DNA of 64,000 bases, taken from assembly GCA_973895155.1 (NCBI GenBank), contig OZ316893.1, forward strand, positions 20,940,955 to 21,004,954, given 5' to 3'. This DNA is from Marsupella aquatica. Lineage: Eukaryota > Plantae > Marchantiophyta. How positions within the stretch are numbered: position 1 is the stretch's first letter; each line of letters begins with the position of its first letter. A program made the position numbers and the translations under genes. Positions 36,787-49,346 of the stretch are shown here, one piece after another. Below the pieces are notes generated by a model. The model ran no database searches and had not been told where the DNA came from. It worked only from the letters and a program-made list of their open reading frames with translations.

Positions 36787-39354
36787 ATGGCTGTAGAAGC
36801 AAAGACTGCTGCTGTTATCTCGCTGTTCCTGTTTGTTGCGATTTGGCATAGCAGCGTGAACGCTCAGGTAACGCCGACCTACTAGTGTACAGGAGGTTTG
36901 TTTCTTGCAGCCGAAAGGTCATAGGAAATTCAACTTAGTAAGATCTTTCCCTTAAAGACTACTCGGTCATCTAATCATCTACAGTTCTGGCTCGGTGAGC
37001 AACGATGTCCTTCGAGACACTGTCAAGTTTTGCCTGGACAGTAGCAAATCATGTAGATTTCAAGCTCGTTTCTGAGTTGTCGGAGTAGATTGATGATTGA
37101 GACACTTTGTCCGTTGGAGGATGATTGCTAGCCGTCGGTGTTTGTTCAGGTAAACAATGTGAATCCAGACTTCGTATTCGTGCACGGAATCGGTCATGGA
37201 GCCTGGTGTTTCACCCCGTTAATTACCCTCTTGCAAGAGGCAGGCTACACGGCAACGGCTGTCGACTTGACCGCGCAAGGAATCAACAAAGCCATAGCAG
37301 ACGAAGTCGTGACTGTGGCTCAGTATCTTGAACCACTCACAACCTTTCTCCAGACGAGCATCAACAAGTCGGTAAGATAACATGCAATATCCCATGAACT
37401 GCTGCACATGGTCATTATTGCGTGTCCAATATTCGATTGCTGAATGTAAACGCGACACTTTCTCGTGTTCATAGGCTGCCCACACGAATACATCCAGTGA
37501 TACAAACCGCCATGTTCTCGTAACTGGGATTACAGTTCAACTAAGACACTACGTAATCGAATTGAAGATAGATGGCAGCAGTACGTGAGTCAGAATTACT
37601 GTAGACAGCGCGTGCCAGGATTTCTCTACAGATTAGCGTCAAGTTCGTCTAGCTTCTGGCGAAGTTGAATTACTATTTTCGCCGAATTCACGTGATTTTC
37701 CAGCAGAACAATTCACGGCGCTACTTTTGATCACTTCGTTTCACACTAGTCTATCGTTTCTGTTCATCTATGGGCTTGTAGGTTGACGATGAATTGAATT
37801 CTTTTCTGCAGACTATTCTCGTGGGTCACAGCTTGGGAGGTGCTGTGATCTCTTATATTGCAGAGACGTTTTCATTGAAGGTTGCCAAAGCTGTATACTT
37901 GGCTGGGATCTACCCACATAATAACAATACCTTCTTCGACGCATTGCCACCTTCGGTAGACGCTCCTTCATCTCCCACAATTATTTTTTTACATTACGCA
38001 TGCACATCGGATGTATACTGTGTTCAGCGCCTTTCTTTTCGTAATGCACCGTTGTGTTCTACGTCGTGCTGCAAGCTGCATGCGTCTCCAGGGGGAAGTG
38101 AGTCGTATAAGTCCCCCACTGAAATTCCATCGGTATAGAACGAGCCTCTTAGCCGGTCTGCACTGACAGCACAAACATTCCTTCGACACGCAAAACCCAC
38201 TACTAATTAAAGGTGTAGCCGTCATTTTAGATTATGCTTAGAACTTCACCCGTGACAGGCAAGAGGCTCCAGTCCAAAAGCGTGGATTTTTTTGACGAGG
38301 CTTTCACACGGCTTTTGAGTTCAGAGACGGGCCTTTTTCTCAGTATTCTCACGTACTGTGGCAAGCATTCGCCGATTGTGATATCTGTGCCAAACTGCCT
38401 GTCCTGAAAAGAACACGAAGCCCAATATAATTTGTCAAATGTTGCTACTGGTTTAGACTTTGCAGCGTCTCGTGGGAGATGGCAACCTCATTTTGCATGG
38501 GAATCCACCAACTTCAGCCACTCTCAACGTGGCTAACCTCACCGCCTTCTTCTACAACAAGAGTCCCAAAGCGGTATGTTTGCGAACTCCACTCATTAGT
38601 TGTGATTTTTACTCCTGTCAGGACCACCTCAATCACAAAGTTGCCACGTTAATGTCTGAAGTCTTAGTTGGAGTCGTGCTTTACCGGGGCCAACGGCGAT
38701 TTATGCGCTGCAACTTGCTGTTTGAGGGCACTTTGTAGACAGATAGCTAGGGTTGATCAACACTGTGCAGTAGTTGCAATAGTTATGAACTCAGTGAGGA
38801 AACTTTGTTTTTGCTTGAGCTGAAAGGAACAAGCGTTCCCACTAGAAATAGACGGAAAACTGTTAATTATGTCAGCAATCACGAAATTTGCACGCGGTGT
38901 CTCGGACAATCGTCGTGCTTCTTGGACGACTGGTACTGATGTCATACTCCATACTCCTTCGCATAATTAGACAGTAAGGCAGATACACTCATGTCTTCGA
39001 GAGAAGTGGAACCGAACTAGAATCTATCCGTTGCGCGAGCTTACGTCTACTATCATCCATGACTATGTCCTGCAGGGAGTGAACCTCGCCAGCACACTGC
39101 TGGTGCCGACGCCTTATCGACCTGGCATTGTACCAATCACTCTCACCAATGAGAAGTTTGGTAAAACAAGGAAATTCTACATTCAAACTCAAGCAGATTT
39201 TGGAATTACGCCACAAGAGCAGCAGGAAATGATAGACGCTAGTCCGTGGAAACCGGAAAAGATTTACCCTTTACCAAATGCAGATCATGGAGCTTACTTC
39301 TCCCAGACAGGCCCTCTTTCAAAAATTCTCGGAAAGATCGCAGATACGCCGTAG
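36787..39354 (+). CDS. Methylesterase (MES/SABP2/HNL-family) alpha/beta hydrolase, ~280 aa, with predicted signal peptide; exons 36787-36867, 37150-37371, 37812-37955, 38457-38573, 39076-39354
   Basis: FVFVHGIGHGAWCF, nucleophile elbow VGHSLGG, catalytic Asp (QADF) and His (ADHGAYFS). All four introns are GT-AG, phase 0. Exon 4 has an alternative in-frame acceptor at 38466. Confidence 0.9.
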
Positions 39355-40761
39355 AAAAGATAAGAGGGTCGTCTTCTCTTCAAATTGACTCTATCCCTTC
39401 ATCTCTTTTGGGAGTTGTGGTAACGATTGTTGCGGCTCAAATTCACTCTAGCTATCCTATCGTCCCATTTGGAAGATGCAGTGACGATTATTGTGGCTGA
39501 CATTCTCGGAGCTCCAATCATCTATTTGAATGTCTAATCAATTGAGTATCGTCAGCCGCTAATTTTGGAGTCGATTGCGATTGGCATTCATGTTACTAAT
39601 TGCTCTGCCTCCATTCATTTTGTTCTCAGTGTGCTTGCAATACACAGGTAGTCTGCCTTCTGTGGCAATTTTCGTACTGTACGGGACCCGTCTGATCTCC
39701 AAGACTAGGGTTTAAGCATTTCACCGCTGTAGTAGTCTTAGCTCAGGATCTTAGATGCTAGCTAGTATGTTATCGGTACGTAGGCTTTGCCCACGCGATC
39801 TGAAAAGGTCGGTGCTGCAAGGAATAGAGTAGAACTTCGGCGGATCAACACACCTATCCTTCAGTGTGTTAATTACAGAAATATATTTGTGGTCTATGGA
39901 GCCAGTTTGGGCCCGGATCATCTTTCTCAGTCATTGCCCGTGAAAATAATGCCGAGCGTCACAAGGTCAGGATGCCCGAGAGATATTACACTTGGGTGGA
40001 CACAAACGTTTCACGTCATGACTCAAACTTTTCCGTAACTTTTTGCTCAACTGCCATTTGCTAGTTTGCGCATCTAGGCCCGTGACCTTGCGTGCGCAAG
40101 TTTTAAAATTTGTTAACATCTGGTTATAGCATTATTTCTCTGCGGTCACATTTCAGTAAAAAACCAATTCCGACCATCTCTAAATGTGCGTGGAATGACA
40201 CTAAATGCCGCTCCTACGGAGGTTATTCTATGGGATACCAATCTAAGGATATCTCCTGCTGTACAAGTACTACACAAATTTGCTATTCCATTGTTGATTA
40301 GATCTGTCGCAAGGCGAAGATTTGTTTCTGGGAACGTGCGAGGCAACTACAGTAGCTAGTATGGATTGCGAGTTTTGTATCTTGGGTAGGCTAATCGAAG
40401 GAGCCCCCTGTTTCTGTGCGGTAGATGCGGTTCCTGAAGCATTATCTCCAAACGTTATTGGGTTTGATTAGTGTAAATATATCTGAGTCAGATGACAACA
40501 CCTTTTCATACTTTAGGTCATACTTTAGGCGTTGTTTCTCTTGAATTAGCCTCATGAAGTAAGAGCATCTCGAAAGGTTTCTCAGTTTGGGTAATCTAAA
40601 GGGGGAATACCTGAGGTAAATACTGAATGGCAACACATTTTTTAATGTCCTGAAAGTACAGTCATAGCATCAGTTATGGTCAAAATGAAACTCAACCCAT
40701 CCTTTACAGAATTGTTTTCCTACACACTAGATGTCAATTACACTTATCACACTCGAAGTCA

Positions 40762-40952
40762 GCTTCACATCATTGTAGGTTACCATCTTGAAAATCCACA
40801 ACGGAATCTGCTCGAAAGTCAGAAGCCTGAAAATCGGGTAGCTACAATGAATGGGCACGCTTCACATCATTGTAGATTAAAATCTTGAAAATCCGGCGAT
40901 GGAATCTGTCAGAAAGTCAAAAGCCGTAAAGACGGATAGCTGCGATGAATGG
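40762..40952. repeat. 97-bp imperfect tandem duplication
   Basis: GCTTCACATCATTGTAG...ATCTTGAAAATCC at 40762 and 40859. Confidence 0.8.
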
Positions 40953-43900
40953 CCGGGAAATTGGACATCGCTCTCCCAATTCAGTAACTGGGTTGTCAAC
41001 AGTAAGGGTTGGAAGCTCGTGCTACAAATTGACTATTGAGCTACCAGACCAGTCTCACCGGCCACTGAAAGGGTAACAAGCTCGCAAATGGAAGTAGTGG
41101 CACAATCGAGAGCAGCCTTGAGCATAAATTTGACGAGCTAGGTCGACTGAGAGAACAATGGAGACTTAGACTGAGCATTGACTATCAATCAAACACTCAC
41201 GTAATTTTCTATTGTCCAGAAATAGTCCTCAAGAGGCTCTGTCGTATCCCAGCAGCGACAACTCCAATTACCATGGACTTTGACCACAGCCGGCAGAATT
41301 TGTATCTACACATTCATTACCGTGCTATATGTGGTGTCGCTCAGACAAAATTGTGGAAACTAGAACAAACGAATGTAATGTCAATTATAATCGTTCAGAA
41401 TCCGTCAGAATATCATCCAGAATCTTGTATGCAAACTACAGCCTAGTATAGAAAGAGCACACAAAGCGCCTGCCCAACCAGAGGCAGGACGGGAGGATCA
41501 AATACAAAATGTCGAGAGGAGATGCTAATGGCAATGTCAGAATACTATGTTACGTGGTACTTTTTTGTAGATAATTTTTCTTGGTAATATCTTACTGGAT
41601 AGTCTAATTTGAAAGCAGTCTTTTCTCCAATGGCAGGTGTGGGTTCGCACTGGCGGGGCCATGGGACCCGAGTGCAGGTTCTTAATCGATAATCGTGTGG
41701 CCGGGAAAAAAGAGGTGTGCTTATCTCCCGACAATGTCTCTCATCAGTAGGCTTTGAACTGAGAGTAGCACCTGTCCAGTGCCAGCCCAAGCAGATTTAC
41801 AATTATCCCTACCCACCAAGGATAATTCCTTCTTGTTCACCGAAGCTTTGCGAAGCGGGGATAAGGGATTCTTCTTCGCTGATACTTTTGGGGGCACTGA
41901 TGCTGTATGTTGAGTCAAGATAGCGCGTCTGAGGGGTTCTTGATAGAAAGAAATCTTTTTTGGACTTTCCCAAGAAGGCTTTCATATCCATATTTCTCAA
42001 GAGTATTGTTACTACTTGAGACATGGATGGGCGCCTTTTTGAATCTAGTTGCACACATAGCAGGCCGACATTGATAGCTCGAATGACTTCGGCCACTACG
42101 CAAGTCTCTCTGAGCTCCGGTTCCACCACATCAAGCGACAACCCTTTCTTGTGCATTAGATGAACCTGCACAAAGATCAAAATAAAGCTGAACAACTAGT
42201 ATGTATCATCAATGGAACATAGATGCGTTGAGAGTAGGAATAACTTAACAAAGACCTAAGAATTTCATCAAATTATCGAGGTGAAATGTAAGAATCGAAG
42301 GACAGCGCGAAAATTCACGACACCTCCAACATACCCAATTGTAAAGAAACCGTTTCTCTAGAGGTAATGAAAAGTCAATACACTTCCTTCCACTGATGAC
42401 CTCCAAAACCACAATTCCATAGCTGTAAACATCCGCTTTGTCTGAAAGCTCGCCTTGTGTAGCATATTCTGGAGAAAAGTATCCCCTGCAACCGGTTGAT
42501 TTATGATACAAATAGGTGTTCAGAGCGGAGTTTTGTGACTTGCATAAATCTGAGAAAAATTACATAAAAACTACCAGACTGTAGACAATCATGAACCCCA
42601 CCAACTTAGACTCGGACAGCTCACATTGAAATAGTTGCAGATACTATGACTATGCAATTTAATTTCCAAAAAGGTCAGATGCTCTGTTGAGTCGTCTGTA
42701 AGTCCAACTTACACAGTCCCAGCAACTTTTGTGAATAGGGCTTGGCTAGATACATCAGGGAAATGCTTTGCAAGCCCAAAGTCAGCAATCTTAGGCATGA
42801 AATCGTATCTAGCGGATATTCTCTGGCTTGATATCCCTGTGTATAATTGATGGTTGTAGCTCTTCATGAAGGTAGGACAGTCCGCGCGCAACTCCCAAGC
42901 ATATATTGAAGCGTTGCTCCCAAATCAAAAACCGATGTGCCTTACACCCTACACATTTGGTACAAAACTTCTTGTGAACAGTATGGTCGGTGATGTTCGT
43001 GTCATTACAACATGTGCAAATTGCCTTGAATGTGTCCCTCATGGATATATGATGCGAAGATTTGTAACGAAATAACTAAGTATATAATTGCAATCAAAAG
43101 CTACTGTGTACAGGGAAGCCTCCAGACCCTAAGGACGTAGTTGAAAATGAGAGTGCATGCTTAAAACAAGTGTTGGGGAAAATCATTGATGACAATGAAT
43201 TGTGGGGAATCTTTTTTGTACACTATTTACATTAGGGGTAGTCAGGCTAGTTATGCCTACTACAAAAGTCAAAGATATTTCTCGGTTTGATTGGATAGTT
43301 AGTCTGAGATTTACCCCATAGCGCTTCAGCCAGGTTCCCGTTCGCGACGTATTCATAAACAAGTAAGCATTGCTTCTCCTTAATGCAACAACCTTTCAGT
43401 TGAACAAGGTTTCTATGCTTGATGCCTGTAATTAGCATCACCTCATTCAGAAACTCATTCAAGAGTTCCAACCTTTCAGAATTAGCAACCTGAATTCACC
43501 TTACCCACAGGATTCATGTTTTTCAAACAATGCCAACCCATATATTTCCTGACAAGCACACCAAAAGATCTAGCAGATTTAGTTTTTGCTATGACGACCA
43601 TTTGCATATGCAAGTGATTTTCAATATCACCTCTCTCAATGGCAACAAGACCTGATACACAATGCTCTCATCAGAGTATTCATGAGGTCAATCTCAGTTG
43701 GATTTATATTTGCACCTAAGTATCCAATGGTAATACTTAATTCTTTACATTATCAACCATACTAATATTTTTCTCCTCTGCTGTCACCAGTCTTGCCTTT
43801 CTTTTCAAAGAAGCCATGACAAATGAGCACACTGTTCTCTGGACTGTAAATTTTTGTCACCTTCTTTACAGATACAAGGTAGAATATCAAACACAAACAC

Positions 43901-44210
43901 AGGATAAATATCGTCACTTTTAACAAGAAAAAATACTTTCTCTTTACATTCTACTACAGTCTCATCCTCCCTAGTTTCTGGAGTTGAATCTAAGATTCGA
44001 AATGGACCACCAAGTATTTTTTCTTGACCTTGTTTACATACAACCCAACAATACTTCACGTCTCTTACACAACTAGAAGTTCCTTTTGGAATACTTTCCA
44101 AGATAGATTCTCCTATGTCAGATATTGCATAAGGTGTGAGAAGCTCCTCTGGAAGCTGACTTTCCAAGGACATGAAGCTTATAGGACGTTAGAGGAGAAA
44201 GTATGTAGAA

Positions 44211-44432
44211 CACTGGTTAGCAAACTCTGTCTTAGCAAAACAAAGAAAGTAGAACACTGGTTAGCACAAGATCAGTTAGTTAGCACAAGATCACGGCACA
44301 ACACCAGTGGTTAGCACAAGATCACAGCACAAGATCAATTGGTTAGTACAAGATCACAGCACAACACCAGTTGGTTAGCACAAGATCACAGCACAAGATC
44401 AGTTGGTTAGCACAAGATCAAAGCACAAGATC
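44211..44432. repeat. Minisatellite, core GGTTAGCACAAGATCA
   Basis: Many irregular recurrences read directly. Confidence 0.85.
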
Positions 44433-45693
44433 CCACTGAAGCGATGACACGGCTGAGCACTGAGAAGCTAGAGCTAGCACTGAACAAAAGCCCACTGGTG
44501 CACTGAACGATAGCCCACTGAAACAATAGCGCATTGAGAAGCTAGAGCTAGCACTGAACGATAGCCCACTGCATGGGAACCTGATCACTAAAACTTGAGG
44601 CGATGGCAGAGCAGCGCATTGAGAGCAAGAGCAGATAGCAGACTCACTGAACAAGGAGGGAGGTACTGAACTGAGAAAGGAGCTCAACTTAAGTAGCTGT
44701 GAAGCAAGTTTAATCTGCTCCCCAGACTAAATGCTCAGGTGAGTCACCCAAACATACAGCCTAAAGACCAGATTATACGCAACGTTCATTTTTCCTCATA
44801 CTTTCAAACTCCAAAATACTTGGAAATCTCCAAGATACATGGATCAGACAACTCTAGCTGTTGGGGATCGAGCTAAAAACGAGAGGCAACAGCCATGGAG
44901 TACAACACCATCCCATCACCATCAGCAGCTCACCATCAGCAGCAATCAGCAATAGCCATGGAGTCCAATCCAGCAGCAAGAGCAGTAGCCATGGAGTCCA
45001 GCAGCGAGAGTCACATCACCATCAGCAGCGATTGTACAGTCAGTGGTTTCAGACAAGCCCTCCGCTTGTCTGAAGAGGAATGAGCCAATTCAGAGCAGAC
45101 CACAAAACATCACAAAATTCAGATCTTCTACTCGAGCTTTCGTCTCTTGACCAATGCTCTCATCCGATCGATGCTCTTCTTTAGCTCTCTCGTCTGATCT
45201 CTTCCAAAGAATCCCCTTTCGTCAACCAAAGACTCCTGTATGCACAGTCCTGCGAATCCCAAGCCTTACCCAAATGCGAGCCATTACGCCCTTCTTTTCC
45301 AGTGTCTTAGTGACGAGCATCTCAATCCCGCCAGCCAAGCCAGCAAGCGAGGCTGAAATCGAGTGATCCAACTGACGACAATTTCGATCGGCCGAGCACT
45401 GCAGTCTGTAGCAGAAGTTCACCCTCCTCTACGACATCCATACAGCAGATACCAGGGACAGATACCTCTCTCGCGTTCACTTTGCGTGAATGAAGCACAT
45501 CAACTATCATTTCAAGGGAAAAACAGAGTCCTCCTCCTCTGCTGCTGCAAGGGCACTTTTGCAATGAGATCTTCGCTTTCAGGACCAGAGGCCCAAGGAC
45601 TCTAGAGGTCATCTTGACTCCTCTAACATCAAGAGCAAGATCAGACAGCAGCAAGCGAGATTGACATTGAGAGCTAACATCGAGAGCTAAGAT

Positions 45694-45800
45694 CAGCTCG
45701 AGTCCATCAGCCACCAGCCACAGCAGCTCAAGTCCAGCAGCCACCAGCCACAGCAGCTCGAGTCCAGCAGCCACCAACCACCAGCCACAGCAGCTCGAGC
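45694..45800. repeat. 30-bp tandem repeat CAGCTCGAGTCCAGCAGCCACCAGCCACAG, ~3 copies
   Basis: Read directly. Confidence 0.85.
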
Positions 45801-46460
45801 TTTCAGCACCCACCGCAACTGCCATCAAACATCGAATTTGATCATTCCCCAGCCCTTCGCCAGCCCTCTGCCAGCAGCCACTTTGCCCAGCGCCAGCCCC
45901 TTCTTGTTGACTGAACACCCCTTTCCCTTCACGAGCCCTTCCCCTGCTGCTCGATGCCTTGTTCGGAGACAGAAAATAGTCAGAGCTCCAGCTCCAGCTC
46001 CCTCTCAAGCTCCCTTTTTTTTTAGGAGGAGGACGACGCCGAGACGGAGTCCAACGTGATGCCCAATCTGAGTCCACCAACGTGATGCCCACCAAGTCTA
46101 CGGTTGAATGTGGGCCGGGACAAAGAGGTTGAGGTCGAGCCCACTACTCCAGCCAAGGTGCCGAGGAAGAAGAGCGCCTACGAGTTGGAGACTTTCACGC
46201 ACTGGTTACTGAGGGAGTCATCGACCATCGTGCTCTCCAGCTGCCTGAGGTCGAGCGTCTCCCGCTCAAGCTCCCTTTCTCATGAGGGAGTCATCGACCA
46301 TTGCCCTGGCATCTCCAACGAGGTCTTCTCCAGCTGCCTGAGGTCAAGCGCGCGATCCCTTGGACGGCTCTTCCAACATCTATGAGCCGACCAAGGAGTG
46401 CCTTCTAGACCTCGACAAGGAAGACAATCTTGGTAAAGCCGAACAGAACTGTATCGTAAA

Positions 46461-46763
46461 TTTTTGAAAACGTACCCCTATACCCGCCTTGGATACCCCT
46501 AACCTTGGATACCCCTATACTCCTCCTTGGGATCCTACTGCCCCACGCCATGCATACCCCCACCATTATGTATCTAATTGGATGCTCCCACCATTTTTGA
46601 AAATGTACCCCTATACCGGCCTTGGATACCCCTAACCTTGGATACCCCTAACCTTGGATACCCCTAACCTTGGATACCCCTAACCTTGGATACCTCTAGA
46701 TACTCCTCCTTGGGATCCTACTGCCCCATGCCTTGCATACCCCCACCATTATGTATCTAATTG
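46461..46763. repeat. Two-unit duplication containing an expanding 16-bp CCTTGGATACCCCTAA repeat (2 vs 5 copies)
   Basis: Units start TTTTTGAAAA at 46461 and 46594. Both end GTATCTAATTG. Confidence 0.85.
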
Positions 46764-46912
46764 TAATTTATGCCTAAATATGTCCTTTTTGCTAGATGCC
46801 AAAAGAACTTGGTATGTTCCAGGATGAGTATGCTATATTCACAGCAAATGGTGTCTGGTCCGCTAGTCTCCCTGTTGACATTTTTTTTTTCAAATCTCTA
46901 AGGTCATCGAAC

Positions 46913-47250
46913 TTTGTTTTTGTTTTTTTTGTTTTCACCAAAGGCCGAGGCCAAAATTTATTCATGGAAAAGGACCCAAAACAACATGCCTGTCTGAAAG
47001 GAGGAGACAGGAGAGAAAAAAAACCAAGTAAGAGGAGCATAATAGAGGGAGCACCCCTAGAGAAACAAAAGAGAACCGAGAACTTTCAGTCCATCTGCCT
47101 AATAGAAGGAGGCAGGAAAGAAAGGAGAAGAAGCCACAAGATGCGTAGACTAACCTATCATACTAGATGACCAAAACAAAACAACCAAGGGCTGCACCCA
47201 AGACTGGAGATCCCCCTGTGATCTGTCAAGGAGCCACCACCATCTACCTC
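46913..47250 (-). mobile_element. Probable LINE/SINE 3' end remnant
   Basis: Minus strand is T-rich UTR-like, with AATAAA followed by an A-rich tail (AAAACAAAAAAAACAAAAAC). No TSD confirmed. Confidence 0.35.
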
Positions 47251-48269
47251 ACCCTGTTCACATTTGAATGCAAAAGGGTCAGAATGATTAGTATTTGTAA
47301 GTATTAAAATCATTCTCACGTTGTCAGTTTGATTTTATAGTAAGATACGAAAGAAATAATAAATCATGGTTATAAGTAAAAATGCAGTGCCCTGGAAACT
47401 AGATAATTATACAGTGTTGTTCAGCCAAAATGAATGTCAATGAAAATAGCTACTTCTACATAATTGTATAGAAAACATCTAAGCCTACAAAAACTAGAAA
47501 ATCCAAAATCCAAGGGGTCAACTGACATTGAATCAAAAATACAGCTAACCCAATAGCACTGATCCATGACCTGATAAAGCTACTTTTTGTGTGAAGGGCA
47601 CCAAGGCACTAAATATCTGAGAGTCAAACCTTGCACATGCTATATCATGTTCAATTAATTCACGAAGCTACTGTTGTACAAATAAATTAGGCTTGAAGTG
47701 ATTCGATTTAAGTTGGTAATTCATTAGACAACCTGGAGATGCATGTAAAATGTAAACTGTAATATAGCAATTATCCCCAGTCTCGACATGAAAACCATTC
47801 ATAATTTTGTTCCATTTAATTTCACTTGTAAGGTATTACCACCTAGACTGTAACAAGACATCCATAATACTTTTTCAGCATTGAAGAAGGAACATAGAGA
47901 CCAAAAGAATGAATTAGAAGCTTGGAAGACTGCTGGCAAAATCACAACACAAGGCATCCCTATCTAAGAGAGGTTTAAAATATAGTTAAGTATTCTTAGC
48001 TCTAACTTATATGTCCAAAAGAAAGACTTGCCTTGTTGAATTTCTTGCAAAGCGGAGACTTTCTTCAACAAACTCCACATGATTGTGCCAATCGCACAAG
48101 TAGTATCAAAACAACTGCTCCAACACAAATTCCAAGGGATGCGAAAGTATTATTTCTTTGCAATTTGTGATAATAAATTTATGATTGTTCACCAAAAATT
48201 ACTGAATGGACTAACAAAACTTGCTGTCAAAGTCATTAATTGTCTAGTACCATATTTTCAAAAACAAAT

Positions 48270-49157
48270 TCCAGACCAGTCATCTGACGCTCACGCCCTT
48301 CCTCCGCGCCCAACAACCAGCTTTCTCACGCCCTCAAGGCCAATGCCAGAAGCACTTTCAGGATGCCACTCGAAACCCGTTGGTCCAGGCTCTCTCCCAC
48401 TCACGCCCCCCCTTGGTCCTGATGTCTGGCGTGGGCCTCGACGCCTTTCCAGGGCTGACACAAGACCAATGCCAATGCGAGGCCTGGCGCCATATCAAAG
48501 CTCCCAATATGCAAAAGTGAGCTCCTTGTCGTATCAAAGTGGCTGCCCCGGTAGGTCCAAGGGGGGGGGCTCATTCTAGGATCATTTGTGAAAGTGGAAT
48601 CACATAGAGTAGCTATCGCATCCGGAGTAGTGAGATGGAAGAAGTAGCAATTTGCTGCAGCGTGGCAGGAGTTAGATAGCAAAATGTTGGGTTGCCTTTG
48701 CAGTGTGCACACTTTTTGTGTCAAGACATATGGATTCAATTTTTATGGGTTAAACTTTGTGTGGTTCCCTTATTTTGAGGTTTTGTTCCCCTAGTGTATT
48801 TGTGTGACTAACAAATTTCACTACTTACCAACTTCAAAATTTCCGCATGGTGGACTGACTGTGTAAAAGAAGGGGGAGGACAGTGACAACATTCACCCAT
48901 AGACCAAAACGAGAGAGTATGTGTAGGGTAATCTGCAGGACTTGATCAAAAATTGTGACTGGGGTGGAGTAGCTGGTAGACTTGATCAAAATTTACATTT
49001 GTGGGAACTATAACAAATATGTACTTATTCCTATGTGTGAAGCAATCCAAATAGTGTCCCTGGCTAGGTCCATGTCCCTGTAATACAAATGAATACAAAC
49101 CATTGTTGGGGTAAATTTGCATATTCATTGTGTAAATCGCTTGTTAGACAGGTGACA
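48270..49157. mobile_element. Truncated, diverged relative of the 27093-31614 LTR in inverted orientation, lacking the CACTA
   Basis: Reverse complement shares, in colinear order, TGTCAC(C/T)TG.CTA, AGGGAC(A/G)CTATTTGGA, two TTTTGATCAAGTC, GGGTGA.TG.TGTCAC, CACTAGGGGA and CTCACTACTC. Left boundary uncertain. Confidence 0.7.
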
Positions 49158-49242
49158 GGGTGTGGCAAAACAATACATATTTTGGCAAGAACTTGCAAGA
49201 TGCTCAGCAGGATGTTCCCATTCAGGAGATTTGATAGTCCTC

Positions 49243-49346
49243 AAGGGCGACAAAGACAAAAACCAAAAATAAATTTAATTTAAATTTTAAAATTTTAAAT
49301 TTTTTAAAAAAAAAATTTAAAAAAAAAGAGAAAAGGGCGACAAAGA
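49243..49346 (+). mobile_element. 76-bp A/T-rich retroposon tail insertion with 14-bp TSD
   Basis: AAGGGCGACAAAGA at 49243-49256 and 49333-49346 flanks an almost pure A/T tract. Confidence 0.7.

Larger units (their letters stand above)
41721..48270 (-). pseudogene. Receptor-like Ser/Thr kinase pseudogene (LRR-VIII/DUF26/SD-type kinase exon layout)
   Basis: Kinase exons at ~43470-43315 (EFLNEV..IKHRNLVQLKGCC..LLVYEY), 42948-42713 (HRDIKPENI, frameshift, KIADFGLAK), 42485-42335 (GYFSPEYA..KADVYSYG) and 42165 to the end (GLLCVQ..RRPSMSQVV). A displaced GRLADQTPFAV piece lies at ~46871-46835 and a frameshifted TM exon (LGICVGAVVLILL..ALQEIQQ) at ~48150-48032. Confidence 0.85.

Noticed and set aside
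45322-46095. 257-aa ORF
   Set aside because: Low-complexity and repeat-derived (LELLWLVAAG x3), with no domain signature.
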